Notes: generated by a model not told the origin, from the letters alone. A stretch of DNA of 41,560 nucleotides from a candidate division WOR-3 bacterium (GCA_039801885.1 JBDRVN010000009.1:1-41560); one strand, 5' to 3'; counted from the first letter of the stretch, positions 27,943 to 37,175 are shown. Translations and numbers: made by a program.

Positions 27943-29084
27943 AAAGCCTCCTTTATTGAATAAATAATATAATCTAATTCTTCTTTTTTTAAATCAGGAT
28001 AAAGAGGTAAAGAGAGAGAAGAGGGAAATAATAAATTGGCTATTGGAAAATCTTCTTTTTTTAAGGAATAAGTTTTCTTGTAATAAGGATGTAAATGTAA
28101 GGGAATAAAATGAACCGAAGTGCCGATATTTCTCTCTCTTAAGAATTCAATTAATTTATCTCTTTCTATTTTTGCTGTTTTTGATAATCTCACTACATAA
28201 AGATGCCAGCTTATCCTCTGGTTTTTTGAATCAATTTTAGGTAAAAGGAGATCATTAAGATATTTAAGATTTTCCTGATAATAGTTAACGATGCTTTCTC
28301 TTTTTTTTATCATTTCTTCAATTCTTTTTAATTGGCAGAGACCAATACTTGCTTGGATATCAGTCATATTGCATTTAAATCCTGGATAAATTACTTCGTA
28401 ATACCAGCTGCCGTTCTTTTTATAACGATCATAGGCATTTAAAGAAAGTCCGTGAAGAGCCATAATTCTTATTCTTTCTTCTAAATCCCTTTCTCTTGTT
28501 ACTATCATTCCGCCTTCACCGGTAGTAATATTTTTTGTTGGGTAAAATGAAAAAACACAGAGAAGAGAATCTTTGCCTACCTTTTTGTTTTGGTAAATCG
28601 TGCCACAGGCATGGGCAGCATCTTCAATTACATATAAATTATATTTTTGAGCAATTTCGTTTATCCTATCCATATCGCAACATTTTCCAGCAAAATGAAC
28701 AGGAATAATTGCTTTGGTTTTCTTAGTAATTTTCTTTTCGAGCTCTTCTGGTTCTAAAAGGTATTCTTCATTCACATCGCAAAGAACCGGTGTCGCACCG
28801 CAATGAATAACCACATTGGCAGTAGCACAAAAGGTCCAAGTAGGGACTATTACTTCGTCACCTTCTTTTATTCCCAGTGCTTTTAATGAAAGGAAAAGGC
28901 CACTGGTTGCCGAATTTACGGCAATTGCATACTTCGCGCCAAGGTAATTTTTAAATTCTTCTTCAAATTCTTTTGTTTTTTTGCCAGTTGTAAGCCAACC
29001 GGATTCCAAAGTTTCGATAACTTCTTTTATCTCTTCTTCAGTAATGCTTGGACGAGAAAAAGGAATAAAATTAAAGTTTTTCAT
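27936..29084 (-). CDS. DegT/DnrJ/EryC1/StrS PLP sugar aminotransferase
   Basis: SGWLTTG, NSAT, TFCATAN, EDAAHA, FSFYPTKNITTGEGG. Confidence 0.96.
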   Translation of the reverse strand: MKNFNFIPFSRPSITEEEIKEVIETLESGWLTTGKKTKEFEEEFKNYLGAKYAIAVNSATSGLFLSLKALGIKEGDEVIVPTWTFCATANVVIHCGATPVLCDVNEEYLLEPEELEKKITKKTKAIIPVHFAGKCCDMDRINEIAQKYNLYVIEDAAHACGTIYQNKKVGKDSLLCVFSFYPTKNITTGEGGMIVTRERDLEERIRIMALHGLSLNAYDRYKKNGSWYYEVIYPGFKCNMTDIQASIGLCQLKRIEEMIKKRESIVNYYQENLKYLNDLLLPKIDSKNQRISWHLYVVRLSKTAKIERDKLIEFLRERNIGTSVHFIPLHLHPYYKKTYSLKKEDFPIANLLFPSSLSLPLYPDLKKEELDYIIYSIKEALC

Positions 29085-29848
29085 TTCATTAAAACTTTGT
29101 AAGAACCAACTATTCCAAAATTAAAACTAGAAAAGAGTCGGATAGCCGGTAAATTTCCTAAAGGGACTTCGCTAACCACATAATACTTTTTATCTTTAAA
29201 AAGAAAATTAAGAAAAGAAAATAAAAGAAAACTACCCATTTTTTTATTTCGGTATTTTTCATCAATATAAATAGAAGAGATTCTCACGATTGGGAAATTG
29301 GTTCCTAATTTTTGGGCATTAAGAACACCGATACAATTCTTTTGTAGCAAAAGATATAAGAAAACCGTTGAATTAATGGTTTCCACAGAAGTTTTTAGTT
29401 CTTCCTCAAAAGTTAAAGATAAGTCCATTTTTAGATTTTCCTCTTTACCCACAAATAAAATAAAGGTATTAATTAATTTGAAATTATTTTTTTCCAGATA
29501 TTGGATAAAGTTTTCATCATTGGAAGGAACTTTTAGAATTATCTTTTTATTTGAAACCTCTTTAAAGATTTCAGAAATAAGAGTACTCTTTAAAGAAAGA
29601 TTGGCAGCAAAGAGATAAGGAACAATAAGATAGTTATCATAAAATTCGGCACAAGCTAATCCAATAATTTCATCTTCTTTATCCTCGTATAAGACCTTGA
29701 CGATTCCTCCTTCTTCAATTATTCGTAAGATATCCAAATTAAAGTAACAGGTGTAAAGATCTTCCTTTTTATCTAAATTTTTAGGAAGAATAGCTAATTT
29801 TTTCATCTTTTCTTCTCCATTTAAAGTCAAAAGATAAGCACTCCTCAT
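29081..29848 (-). CDS. Divergent tandem GNAT-fold acyltransferase
   Basis: C-terminal IYIDEKYRNKKMG and N.PAIRLF..FNF. Start probably ATG 29848 (SD AGGAGGT); ATG 29806 is an alternative. Confidence 0.7.
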   Translation of the reverse strand: MRSAYLLTLNGEEKMKKLAILPKNLDKKEDLYTCYFNLDILRIIEEGGIVKVLYEDKEDEIIGLACAEFYDNYLIVPYLFAANLSLKSTLISEIFKEVSNKKIILKVPSNDENFIQYLEKNNFKLINTFILFVGKEENLKMDLSLTFEEELKTSVETINSTVFLYLLLQKNCIGVLNAQKLGTNFPIVRISSIYIDEKYRNKKMGSFLLFSFLNFLFKDKKYYVVSEVPLGNLPAIRLFSSFNFGIVGSYKVLMK

Positions 29849-31616
29849 CACACACCTCCTGATTATAAATTCCTTCTTTTTTTAAAATTACTAAAATTGT
29901 TTTAAAAATAATTTTTAAATCTAAAAGAAAAGAAGCATTTTTTACATAAAACTCTTCCATTTCGTTTCTTTCCTTTAAAGAAAGTTTGTTGCGGCCATTA
30001 ACAATTGTTAAACTTATAAGACCAGGGCGAGCAAAAAATTTACTTTTATTTTCATAAATTTCCAATGGCAAAATTTCATCAGGTCTGGGTCCGACAATAC
30101 TCATCTCTCCTTTTAAAACATTAATCAATTGAGGAAGCTCATCTAAGCCAAAAGTTCTCAAGATTCTTCCAAAAGAAGTTACCCGAGGGTCCTTTTTTAA
30201 ATAAAGGGAAGAGCCATCCTCTCTTCTTAAAATCGGCGAATTTATTTTCATTGTTCTAAATTTGTAAATCTTAAAAATTCTAAAATCTTTTCCTCTCCTT
30301 TTTTGTGAAAAAAAGATTTTCTCTTTAAAATAAAATATTTGAATTAAAACAATGATGATAAATAAGGGAGAGAAAAAAGTTAGTAAAAAGATAGCAAAAA
30401 TAATATCAAAAAATCTTTTTGTTAAAGAGTTAAGGTAAGGAGAATAAATTTCCTTATTTCTTATTTTTTCTATCTTCTCTTTTTTATAAACCTTCATTGT
30501 TTCCTCTTGGAATCTTTCCTTTTTAAATTTTCTTTTAATATTTTCTTTAGCCTTTAAAGAAATTTTTTCTCCGATTTCTTTATTTCTAATTAATAAAGAA
30601 ATTTTTTCTTTTAATTCCTGATAATTGTTTGGCGAAAAAAGGAATCCATTCACACCATCAACTATTATTTCATTGTTTCCTTTAATATTAGAAACAATAA
30701 CCGGTACGTTACTAGCCATCGCTTCTAACAGGGCAATTGGCATACCTTCCCAAAGAGAGGGTAAGACAAAACAATCACTAGCTTTAATTATTGATATTGG
30801 ATTAGGAATAAAATCTAAGAAACCAATATAACTATTTATTTTAAAATCATTAATTAATTTTATTAATCGCTCTTTCATACCCATATCTTCACCGATTAAT
30901 AAAAGAAAAATTTTTTTATCTATTTTCTCTTTTAATAATTCTTTGATTGCCCAAATTAAAATTTCCGGATTTTTTTGTTTAGAAAGTCTACCGACAAAGG
31001 TAATTAAAAAGTCTTCTTTATTTAGATTAAATTTTTTGCGAATAGAAAAGTCGGGTTTTATATTTCTAATCCTTTCATAATCAATGCCATTATAAATCAA
31101 TACCAATTTTTTCTCATTACCAATTTTATATTCTTTGGCTAAATCCCAATCCTTTTTATTAAGAAGAATTATTTTGTCGCAGAAATAGGAAGCAAATCTT
31201 TCCAAAAGCGAATAAAATAAAGTAGTTATTCTTGAAGAATATTCGTGGAAAGCAAAGCCGTGGGCAGTATGAATAATCAGTTTTATTCTTTTTATTTTTG
31301 CTGCTAGTCGGCCAATAAAACCACCTTTAGAGGTATGAGTATGGACAACATCGTAATTCTTTAAGATTTTTACTGTCCTTATTAAAGCAAGAATATCGTA
31401 AATAGGGGAAATTTCTCTTTTATAAGCATTGCGAGTATCAACGATTTTTACATTGGGAAAGTTTGTTTTAAAATAATCTTTAACCTTCTCATTTTCTGCC
31501 AAAACCGAAACTTCGTAACCCTCTTTTAATTGTCTTTCAATTAAATAAGCAAGATAATAAATAATACCACCAAATTTGGAACCACCTAAAATATGAATAA
31601 TCCTCTTTTTTTTCAT
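29781..31616 (-). CDS. Fusion: GT4 glycosyltransferase + PglC-type monotopic phosphoglycosyl transferase
   Basis: GT4: HTHTSK, NGID, GRLSKQK, PSLWEGMP..LLEAM. PGT: KRFFDI, YKFRTM, DPRVT, LDELPQL.NVLKGEMSIVGPRP. Confidence 0.93.
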   Translation of the reverse strand: MKKKRIIHILGGSKFGGIIYYLAYLIERQLKEGYEVSVLAENEKVKDYFKTNFPNVKIVDTRNAYKREISPIYDILALIRTVKILKNYDVVHTHTSKGGFIGRLAAKIKRIKLIIHTAHGFAFHEYSSRITTLFYSLLERFASYFCDKIILLNKKDWDLAKEYKIGNEKKLVLIYNGIDYERIRNIKPDFSIRKKFNLNKEDFLITFVGRLSKQKNPEILIWAIKELLKEKIDKKIFLLLIGEDMGMKERLIKLINDFKINSYIGFLDFIPNPISIIKASDCFVLPSLWEGMPIALLEAMASNVPVIVSNIKGNNEIIVDGVNGFLFSPNNYQELKEKISLLIRNKEIGEKISLKAKENIKRKFKKERFQEETMKVYKKEKIEKIRNKEIYSPYLNSLTKRFFDIIFAIFLLTFFSPLFIIIVLIQIFYFKEKIFFSQKRRGKDFRIFKIYKFRTMKINSPILRREDGSSLYLKKDPRVTSFGRILRTFGLDELPQLINVLKGEMSIVGPRPDEILPLEIYENKSKFFARPGLISLTIVNGRNKLSLKERNEMEEFYVKNASFLLDLKIIFKTILVILKKEGIYNQEVCDEECLSFDFKWRRKDEKISYSS

Positions 31617-33769
31617 ATTTTGATTAATTCTTCGTATAATTTAGTTAATTTTTTACTAAAAGTTTTTATCGAAAAATGGTTACTTACTTTGGAAAAGGCT
31701 TTTTCACTAAGCTCTTCCTGTAAATTTTCGTTGAAAAGGAGATTTTTGATTGCCGCACTTAAAGAAGATGGATTATCCCTTTCAACAAAGATCGCTTCGT
31801 CTTCATTTAATACCTCCTTTATTCCCCCGGCATCAGTAGTAATAATTGGTTTTTTCAAAGAGGCTGCTTCTAAAATAGTAATTGGTAGACCTTCCCAACG
31901 CGAGGGTAAAACAAAAATCTTACTCGCCTTTAAGAAAGAAAGAGCATCGTTTCTTTTGGAAAGAAATTTAACATTAATTAAGCCCTCTTTTTTACAATAA
32001 TCTTTCAATATTTCTTCCAGACTTCCGTAACCAACTATAAAAGTTTCGGGAGTTATTTTTTCTTCTTTTAAAATCTTTAATGCCTTTAATAAAATATCAA
32101 CGCCTTTCTGTTCTTCTAATCGACCAATAAAAATGATATCACTTTTTTCTTGACTTTCTTTTATCTCCTTTTCCTTTAAAGAAAACCCGTTTTGGATAGT
32201 AATAATCTTTTCTTTTAAGAAAGGTAGATAAGAAATTAATCTTTCTTTTACAATATTGGCACAGGCAATAATCTTATCGTATCGCTGATAGATAAATTTT
32301 TCTAAAGGATAAAGGATTTTATATTTTTGGCGTCGGTTAAAAATATTATGTTCTGTATAGAGATATTTTGCTTTTTTATAAAAGAAAGAGGCAAAGGCGA
32401 CATAATATAATTCCGGAAAAAGATGGGCATGGATAATTTTTGGTTTAAGTTTTTTAATTTCTTTAATTAGTGATATAAATGTCTTTAGTGAATACTTCTT
32501 TTCCAAAGTAAAGATACGATATTCAAATTTTTTTGCTTCTTTCTCCTTTAAGAAATTTAGAAGCAGGCTTTGGGCACCACCGCCGCTTAAATTGCCAATT
32601 ACTTGTAAGATCACTGGTCTTTCTTTCTTAATATTGGGAAAATCCTTTTTATAAAATCCTTTAAGAGATTTTTCGCAGATTTTTATCCAATTATATCTTT
32701 TTAAAACAGCAATCCTTGCTTTTTTACCGTAATTTTCCCAATAATATTCATAATTATTTTTAACTGCTAAAATTTTATTTCTCAAATCCTCTGCGGAATT
32801 ATAAGAAATAAGTGGGATGCCTTTTAAACTTTTCTCTTTTTTGATAAGTTCTTTATCGCAGAGAATTATTCTACCACAGCCAGCATAATCAAAAAGTTTT
32901 ATGGGCGAAGTATAGCCACAGAGATTTTTGGGTGTTGATATTAAAGCAACATCAAATTGGTTAATATACCTCGGTGCCCTATCATAAGGAATTTCGCCCC
33001 AAAGGATAAATTTATCAAAAAGATTTTTATCTTTTATTAAATTTATTATTTCTCTGTTTTCTAATTTACCGATGATTAAAAATTTAATATCTTTATAATC
33101 TTTTAATAATTCACCAACCTCAATTATCTTTTGGAAATCATGGTAATTATCTATTTTAGAAATTAAACCAATATAGAAATGAGAATTATTTTTATTATTT
33201 TTTATTGGTTTAAAAATTTCCGGATTTGTGCCATTAGGAATAAGATAAATTTTATCTTTTTTGACTTTCAATTTTATTAAATCCTTTCTCATTCCGGAGG
33301 AAACAACAATTATTCGGTGAGCGATTTTAGCAGAAATATAATATAGGTTTTTTATAAGTTGATAAATAAAATCTTTAAAATTCCTTCTGATTTTAAAATC
33401 AGTTAGTGTGTTGTTTATTTCTAAAATTATTTTTCTTCCCATAATTTTGCTGATTATCAGATGGAAAGTAAATAAAGGGGTATAACGACAATAAATAATC
33501 TTTATTTTATTTTTAATTATTGTTTGGATAAAATAAAAGATACTAATTAAATAGCGAAATTTACTCAGTTTTTTAGAATAATCACCAAAAGAGGGATAAA
33601 ATATAAAATCCTTTTTAAAATTTTTATCCTTGGGATAAGGTTTTGGCAAAAGAACGAGAGGAGAGAGGTTTAATTTCTTAAAACCAGAATAAATACCCCA
33701 AAAATGGGCAGTAGCACCATCATAATTTTTTAAATTTATATCTTCTAACATAAGAATTTTATTGTTCAT
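31613..33769 (-). CDS. Tandem double GT4 glycosyltransferase
   Basis: Domain 1: IPNGT, SPIKLFDYAGCG. Domain 2: GGGAQ, HAHL, TEH, GRLEEQKG, PSRWEGLP..ILEA. Confidence 0.9.
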   Translation of the reverse strand: MNNKILMLEDINLKNYDGATAHFWGIYSGFKKLNLSPLVLLPKPYPKDKNFKKDFIFYPSFGDYSKKLSKFRYLISIFYFIQTIIKNKIKIIYCRYTPLFTFHLIISKIMGRKIILEINNTLTDFKIRRNFKDFIYQLIKNLYYISAKIAHRIIVVSSGMRKDLIKLKVKKDKIYLIPNGTNPEIFKPIKNNKNNSHFYIGLISKIDNYHDFQKIIEVGELLKDYKDIKFLIIGKLENREIINLIKDKNLFDKFILWGEIPYDRAPRYINQFDVALISTPKNLCGYTSPIKLFDYAGCGRIILCDKELIKKEKSLKGIPLISYNSAEDLRNKILAVKNNYEYYWENYGKKARIAVLKRYNWIKICEKSLKGFYKKDFPNIKKERPVILQVIGNLSGGGAQSLLLNFLKEKEAKKFEYRIFTLEKKYSLKTFISLIKEIKKLKPKIIHAHLFPELYYVAFASFFYKKAKYLYTEHNIFNRRQKYKILYPLEKFIYQRYDKIIACANIVKERLISYLPFLKEKIITIQNGFSLKEKEIKESQEKSDIIFIGRLEEQKGVDILLKALKILKEEKITPETFIVGYGSLEEILKDYCKKEGLINVKFLSKRNDALSFLKASKIFVLPSRWEGLPITILEAASLKKPIITTDAGGIKEVLNEDEAIFVERDNPSSLSAAIKNLLFNENLQEELSEKAFSKVSNHFSIKTFSKKLTKLYEELIKI

Positions 33770-35084
33770 TATTATCTCCTTTTAACGCCAAAAACCCACC
33801 AGCAAAAAATAATAAAAAATTATTACCAATATCAAAAGAAAATTGGCTGTGGATAAAAGTGTAAATGAAAAGGAAAGCCGGAAAGAGAGAAACCAAACTT
33901 TTTTCTTGAAATTTCTTAAACACTTTTTTGAAACAAATTAAAATATAAATAATAAAAGGAATTAAACCCAAGAAGCCGGTTTCCGAAGCAAATTCAGTAA
34001 AAATATTATGAGGATAAATAAAATTATAGGTATAATAAGGAAAACTTCCTAAACCTTTACCAATAATCGGTGAATCTAAAAAATTTTTAAAGGCAAGCGA
34101 GAAGGCTTCTAAACGGTTAACACTGCTTTCGTCTTGGAAATAGGTTAATCTTTCAGTAATCATTGTTGGTAATAAAGAATAAAAAATAAAGAAGAGAAAG
34201 ATAAATAATAAAACAAAGATAATTTTTTCTTTTAAGTTTTTTATTTTTAAGAAGAAAAAGATGAATAGACAGACAAATAAAGCAAGAATTGCGCCTCTTG
34301 TCCCGGATAATAAAAGAAGATAGAGTAAAAGAGGTATTAAAATAAAAGATAATATCTTTACTAAACGATTTTTTTCGGTGAAAAACAAAAGGAATAATGA
34401 AAATACTCCAATTCCTGCCCAGCGGCCGAAGGTGACGACACTTAAAGAAAAACCTAAGCGGTAGGGGATAATTTCATTTTCTAAGACATTTTCTAATCCT
34501 TCGCTTAATATTCTAAATAAAGTATAGATAAAAAATATAGAAAGGAAGAAAATTAAAAAATAAATAAATCTCTTTAATTTCTTATCCTCCTTGATAAGTA
34601 GTAAACTAAAAGAGGGTACTAAAGAAAGTAAAAGATAGGAGAAAAATTTTACATAACCATACTCGGAAAAGGCAAAAGGTAATCTTAAAACACTGATAAA
34701 TAAAGTAATGCCAATTAAAATTAATAAAAGATATATTGGTTCTTTAATTAAATAAGAAAGATTATTAATAATTTGCGGTTTTTTATAAATAGAATATAAG
34801 AAAGCAAGGATAAGGATAAGAAAAACAAAAATTACAATTCCTGCTCTTTTGAAACCTTCAGCAATTGGTAAAATTGGCAGAATAAAATAAAGAAGAGGTT
34901 CAGTAATCATTAGATTTAAGCCAATTTCGGGATAAAAGAAAATTAAAACTATTGCTATTGGAATTAAAAATAAAGAAAAGGAAATTAAAAGGTTATATTT
35001 TTGATTTAGAATAAAAAACAAAAGAAGAAGAAATATAAAAAAGCCCATAAAAAGGAGATTTACCCTTTTTTTACTTGCTATCAT
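33759..35084 (-). CDS. O-antigen polymerase/ligase (Wzy_C) family membrane protein
   Basis: Multi-TM protein with LSGTRGA, S..NRL, PIIGKGLGSF and YPHNIF.E..SETG.LG. Confidence 0.9.
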   Translation of the reverse strand: MIASKKRVNLLFMGFFIFLLLLFFILNQKYNLLISFSLFLIPIAIVLIFFYPEIGLNLMITEPLLYFILPILPIAEGFKRAGIVIFVFLILILAFLYSIYKKPQIINNLSYLIKEPIYLLLILIGITLFISVLRLPFAFSEYGYVKFFSYLLLSLVPSFSLLLIKEDKKLKRFIYFLIFFLSIFFIYTLFRILSEGLENVLENEIIPYRLGFSLSVVTFGRWAGIGVFSLFLLFFTEKNRLVKILSFILIPLLLYLLLLSGTRGAILALFVCLFIFFFLKIKNLKEKIIFVLLFIFLFFIFYSLLPTMITERLTYFQDESSVNRLEAFSLAFKNFLDSPIIGKGLGSFPYYTYNFIYPHNIFTEFASETGFLGLIPFIIYILICFKKVFKKFQEKSLVSLFPAFLFIYTFIHSQFSFDIGNNFLLFFAGGFLALKGDNNEQ

Positions 35085-36469
35085 AATTTTATTTTTAAAA
35101 CAATTGCCAAAATCGGTTTTAATAAATTCTTACTAAATTGGAAATTCGTCTGAAAATAAGTTTGGAGAAAGATAAGTAAAAGAGTAAAGCGGAAAATACC
35201 GGATAGAGAAGTGGCTAATGCCAATCCTTTATAAGAGAAAAATTTACCCAAAATCAAGTCTAATATTAAATTGAGAAGCAAAGCGAGGATACTTACGATT
35301 ATCGGTATTTTAATTCTATTGATTGACCAATAAACACGGAGAAGGATTAAATTACTACAATAAGCAAAAAGTCCTAATGAATAAAAGATTAGTGATTCTT
35401 TGGTCATAAGTAATGCCTTTTCATCAAAGGCACCACGAAAATAAACAATTTTTACAATTGTTTCACTTGCCCATATAAAAATAATTATTATTGGAATAAT
35501 AAGAAAGAAAAGAGAAGATAAAGATTTGTTTAATGTCTCAACAATTTTTTCTTTTTCACCATTATAAGCCTTTTCGGAAAAGAAAGGCATAAGAACGGTT
35601 GCCAAAGCAAAACCAAATATTGAAATTGGTGTTTCGACAAGTTTGTAAGCAAAATTTAAAGCCGAAATACTTCCTTCACTTAAAAAAGAAGCAATCATTT
35701 TATCAATCGTTACATTAATCTGTGAGAGAGAACTTACCAAAAGATAAGGTAGAAAAGATAAGAATAATATCTTTGTTTCTGAGAGGGCTTGCGAAATATT
35801 TAAATTTTTCTCCAAAGGTTTTTCCCTAAAGAAGAATAAAATTGGTAAAAGGGTAAATAGAATAGAAGCAAAGTTAACTCCCCAAGAAAGACCTAAAAGA
35901 TTAAAATTCTTATACAAAACAGTAAGACCAAAGATTAAAGAAAGATTATACAAAATACCGGAAAGAGCAGGGAATAGATAATTTTTATTTACATAAGAAA
36001 AGGCATTAAAAAATCCCGAAACACCAATGAAAAATACTGCCGGTGCCATATTTTTTAAAAGGAATTTGGAGATTTCCTTTACATCAAAAGGAAATCCTTG
36101 ACCAATGATATTAATAATGATTGACGGAAAAAGATAAATAATAAAAGAAAAAAGAAAGGATAGAAAAGAAATAATTAAGAGATATAAGTAATAAATATTG
36201 AAATCTTTTTTAGAAAATATCGGAATAAGAGAAACACCAATTGCTTGACTTACCGCTCCCATAATGGAAATCGGAAAAAGAATTGCTATTAAATAGGCAT
36301 CACACAAATAAGAAACACCAAAAATTTTCGCAACAAATATTTCCCTTAAAAAGCCTAATGATTTACTTAAAACCAACCCAATTACCATTATTCCTGTTGA
36401 TAGGAAGATACTTTGGGAGAACAAAACTTTTTTTAAACTTAATTTACCATTTAACACCATAATACGCAT
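35081..36469 (-). CDS. MurJ/MviN-family MOP flippase (probable repeat-unit flippase)
   Basis: LSKSLGFLRE..VAKIFG, DAY, IDKMIASFL.EGSISALNFAYKL..P, RGAFD, GLALATS. Start may be ATG 36460 (GGGA upstream). Confidence 0.9.
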   Translation of the reverse strand: MRIMVLNGKLSLKKVLFSQSIFLSTGIMVIGLVLSKSLGFLREIFVAKIFGVSYLCDAYLIAILFPISIMGAVSQAIGVSLIPIFSKKDFNIYYLYLLIISFLSFLFSFIIYLFPSIIINIIGQGFPFDVKEISKFLLKNMAPAVFFIGVSGFFNAFSYVNKNYLFPALSGILYNLSLIFGLTVLYKNFNLLGLSWGVNFASILFTLLPILFFFREKPLEKNLNISQALSETKILFLSFLPYLLVSSLSQINVTIDKMIASFLSEGSISALNFAYKLVETPISIFGFALATVLMPFFSEKAYNGEKEKIVETLNKSLSSLFFLIIPIIIIFIWASETIVKIVYFRGAFDEKALLMTKESLIFYSLGLFAYCSNLILLRVYWSINRIKIPIIVSILALLLNLILDLILGKFFSYKGLALATSLSGIFRFTLLLIFLQTYFQTNFQFSKNLLKPILAIVLKIKL

Positions 36470-36489
36470 CCCATTTATAAATTTATATA

Positions 36490-36506
36490 TAAAAATCCTG
36501 TGCCAA
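36490..36506 (-). promoter_or_regulatory. Sigma54-like -24 element with non-consensus -12
   Basis: TTGGCACAGGATTTTTA: TGGCAC matches the -24 consensus, but the -12 reads TTTT instead of TTGC. Confidence 0.4.
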
Positions 36507-36527
36507 TTAATTAATTTAAAAGAAAAT

Positions 36528-36552
36528 TAAGTTATTGAAAATAAATGACTTA
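36528..36552. promoter_or_regulatory. 25-bp imperfect palindrome TAAGT-N15-ACTTA, copy 1 (IHF-like site)
   Basis: TAAGTTATTGAAAATAAATGACTTA; contains TTCAATAACTT on the minus strand, similar to the IHF consensus WATCAANNNNTTR. Confidence 0.55.
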
Positions 36553-36632
36553 GTAAATTCAGAAAGAATGGCAAGGATAGTAAGAAAGAAGAAGAAATGC
36601 GACAGTTTTTAGAATTAAATTTATTTTAATTG

Positions 36633-36657
36633 TAAGTTATATAATTTCAATTACTTA
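36633..36657. promoter_or_regulatory. 25-bp imperfect palindrome TAAGT-N15-ACTTA, copy 2 (inverted relative to copy 1)
   Basis: TAAGTTATATAATTTCAATTACTTA; its reverse complement TAAGTAATTGAAATTATATAACTTA closely matches copy 1. Confidence 0.55.
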
Positions 36658-36743
36658 ATAAAATGAGACAATAAAAATTTTAATTAAAAAAAAGTGGTAA
36701 CCTAAAGGGGGTGTTTTTCGTTTTATATATAGAAGGGGATATT

Positions 36744-36830
36744 ATGGTAAGAGATAATTATCAAAGAATAAAAGTATTAAAAAACATATTAAAAGAGGAG
36801 GTATTAAAGGAGTTATTAAAAGATAAATAA
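36744..36830 (+). CDS. Putative 28-aa small protein MVRDNYQRIKVLKNILKEEVLKELLKDK
   Basis: SD AGAAGGGGA just upstream of ATG, amphipathic helical pattern, K/E/L composition like the proteome; below the ORF-track size cutoff. Confidence 0.45.
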   Translation: MVRDNYQRIKVLKNILKEEVLKELLKDK

Positions 36831-37141
36831 GAAAATCATTTTAATTTTTATTAGCCCTACTTTAATATGACAGGAGGGTTTTATTTTCTATTGAATAAGG
36901 AGCTGTATAGGAGATAGTATAGTAACTAATCTCTATTATTGATAAAAAGATAATAAAGAAAAATATAATAATTAATGATAAGAATTAAGAAATCAATAAA
37001 TTCTCCGTATAAATTTTTAAAAATAAATAGAATAATTTTCTAAAAAGTGATTTCAATTTTATAAGATATTTATATCCTAAACTTAGTGCTTTTATATTTT
37101 TTTCTTGCTAACCATTCTTAACAAATCTATTTTTAGAAAAT

Positions 37142-37169
37142 TTGAAATAAATTTTATTTTTGTTATTTT
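37142..37169 (+). promoter_or_regulatory. Putative extended -10 sigma70 promoter directly before a start codon
   Basis: TTGAAA-16 nt (ending TGT)-TATTTT, then 6 nt to ATG 37176, with no SD. Confidence 0.4.
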
Positions 37170-37175
37170 ATATTT

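Noticed and set aside
29840-29862. GTGTGTG tract at the PGT/GNAT overlap as a phase-variation site
   Set aside because: The tract is too short, and slippage would only trim a non-conserved C-terminal tail.
36694-36712. TGGTAACCTAAAGGG as a plus-strand sigma54 promoter
   Set aside because: Poor match at both -24 and -12.
36907-36936. Imperfect hairpin ATAGGAGATAGT...ACTAATCTCTAT as ncRNA or riboswitch
   Set aside because: AT-rich and bulged, with no recognisable RNA family motif.
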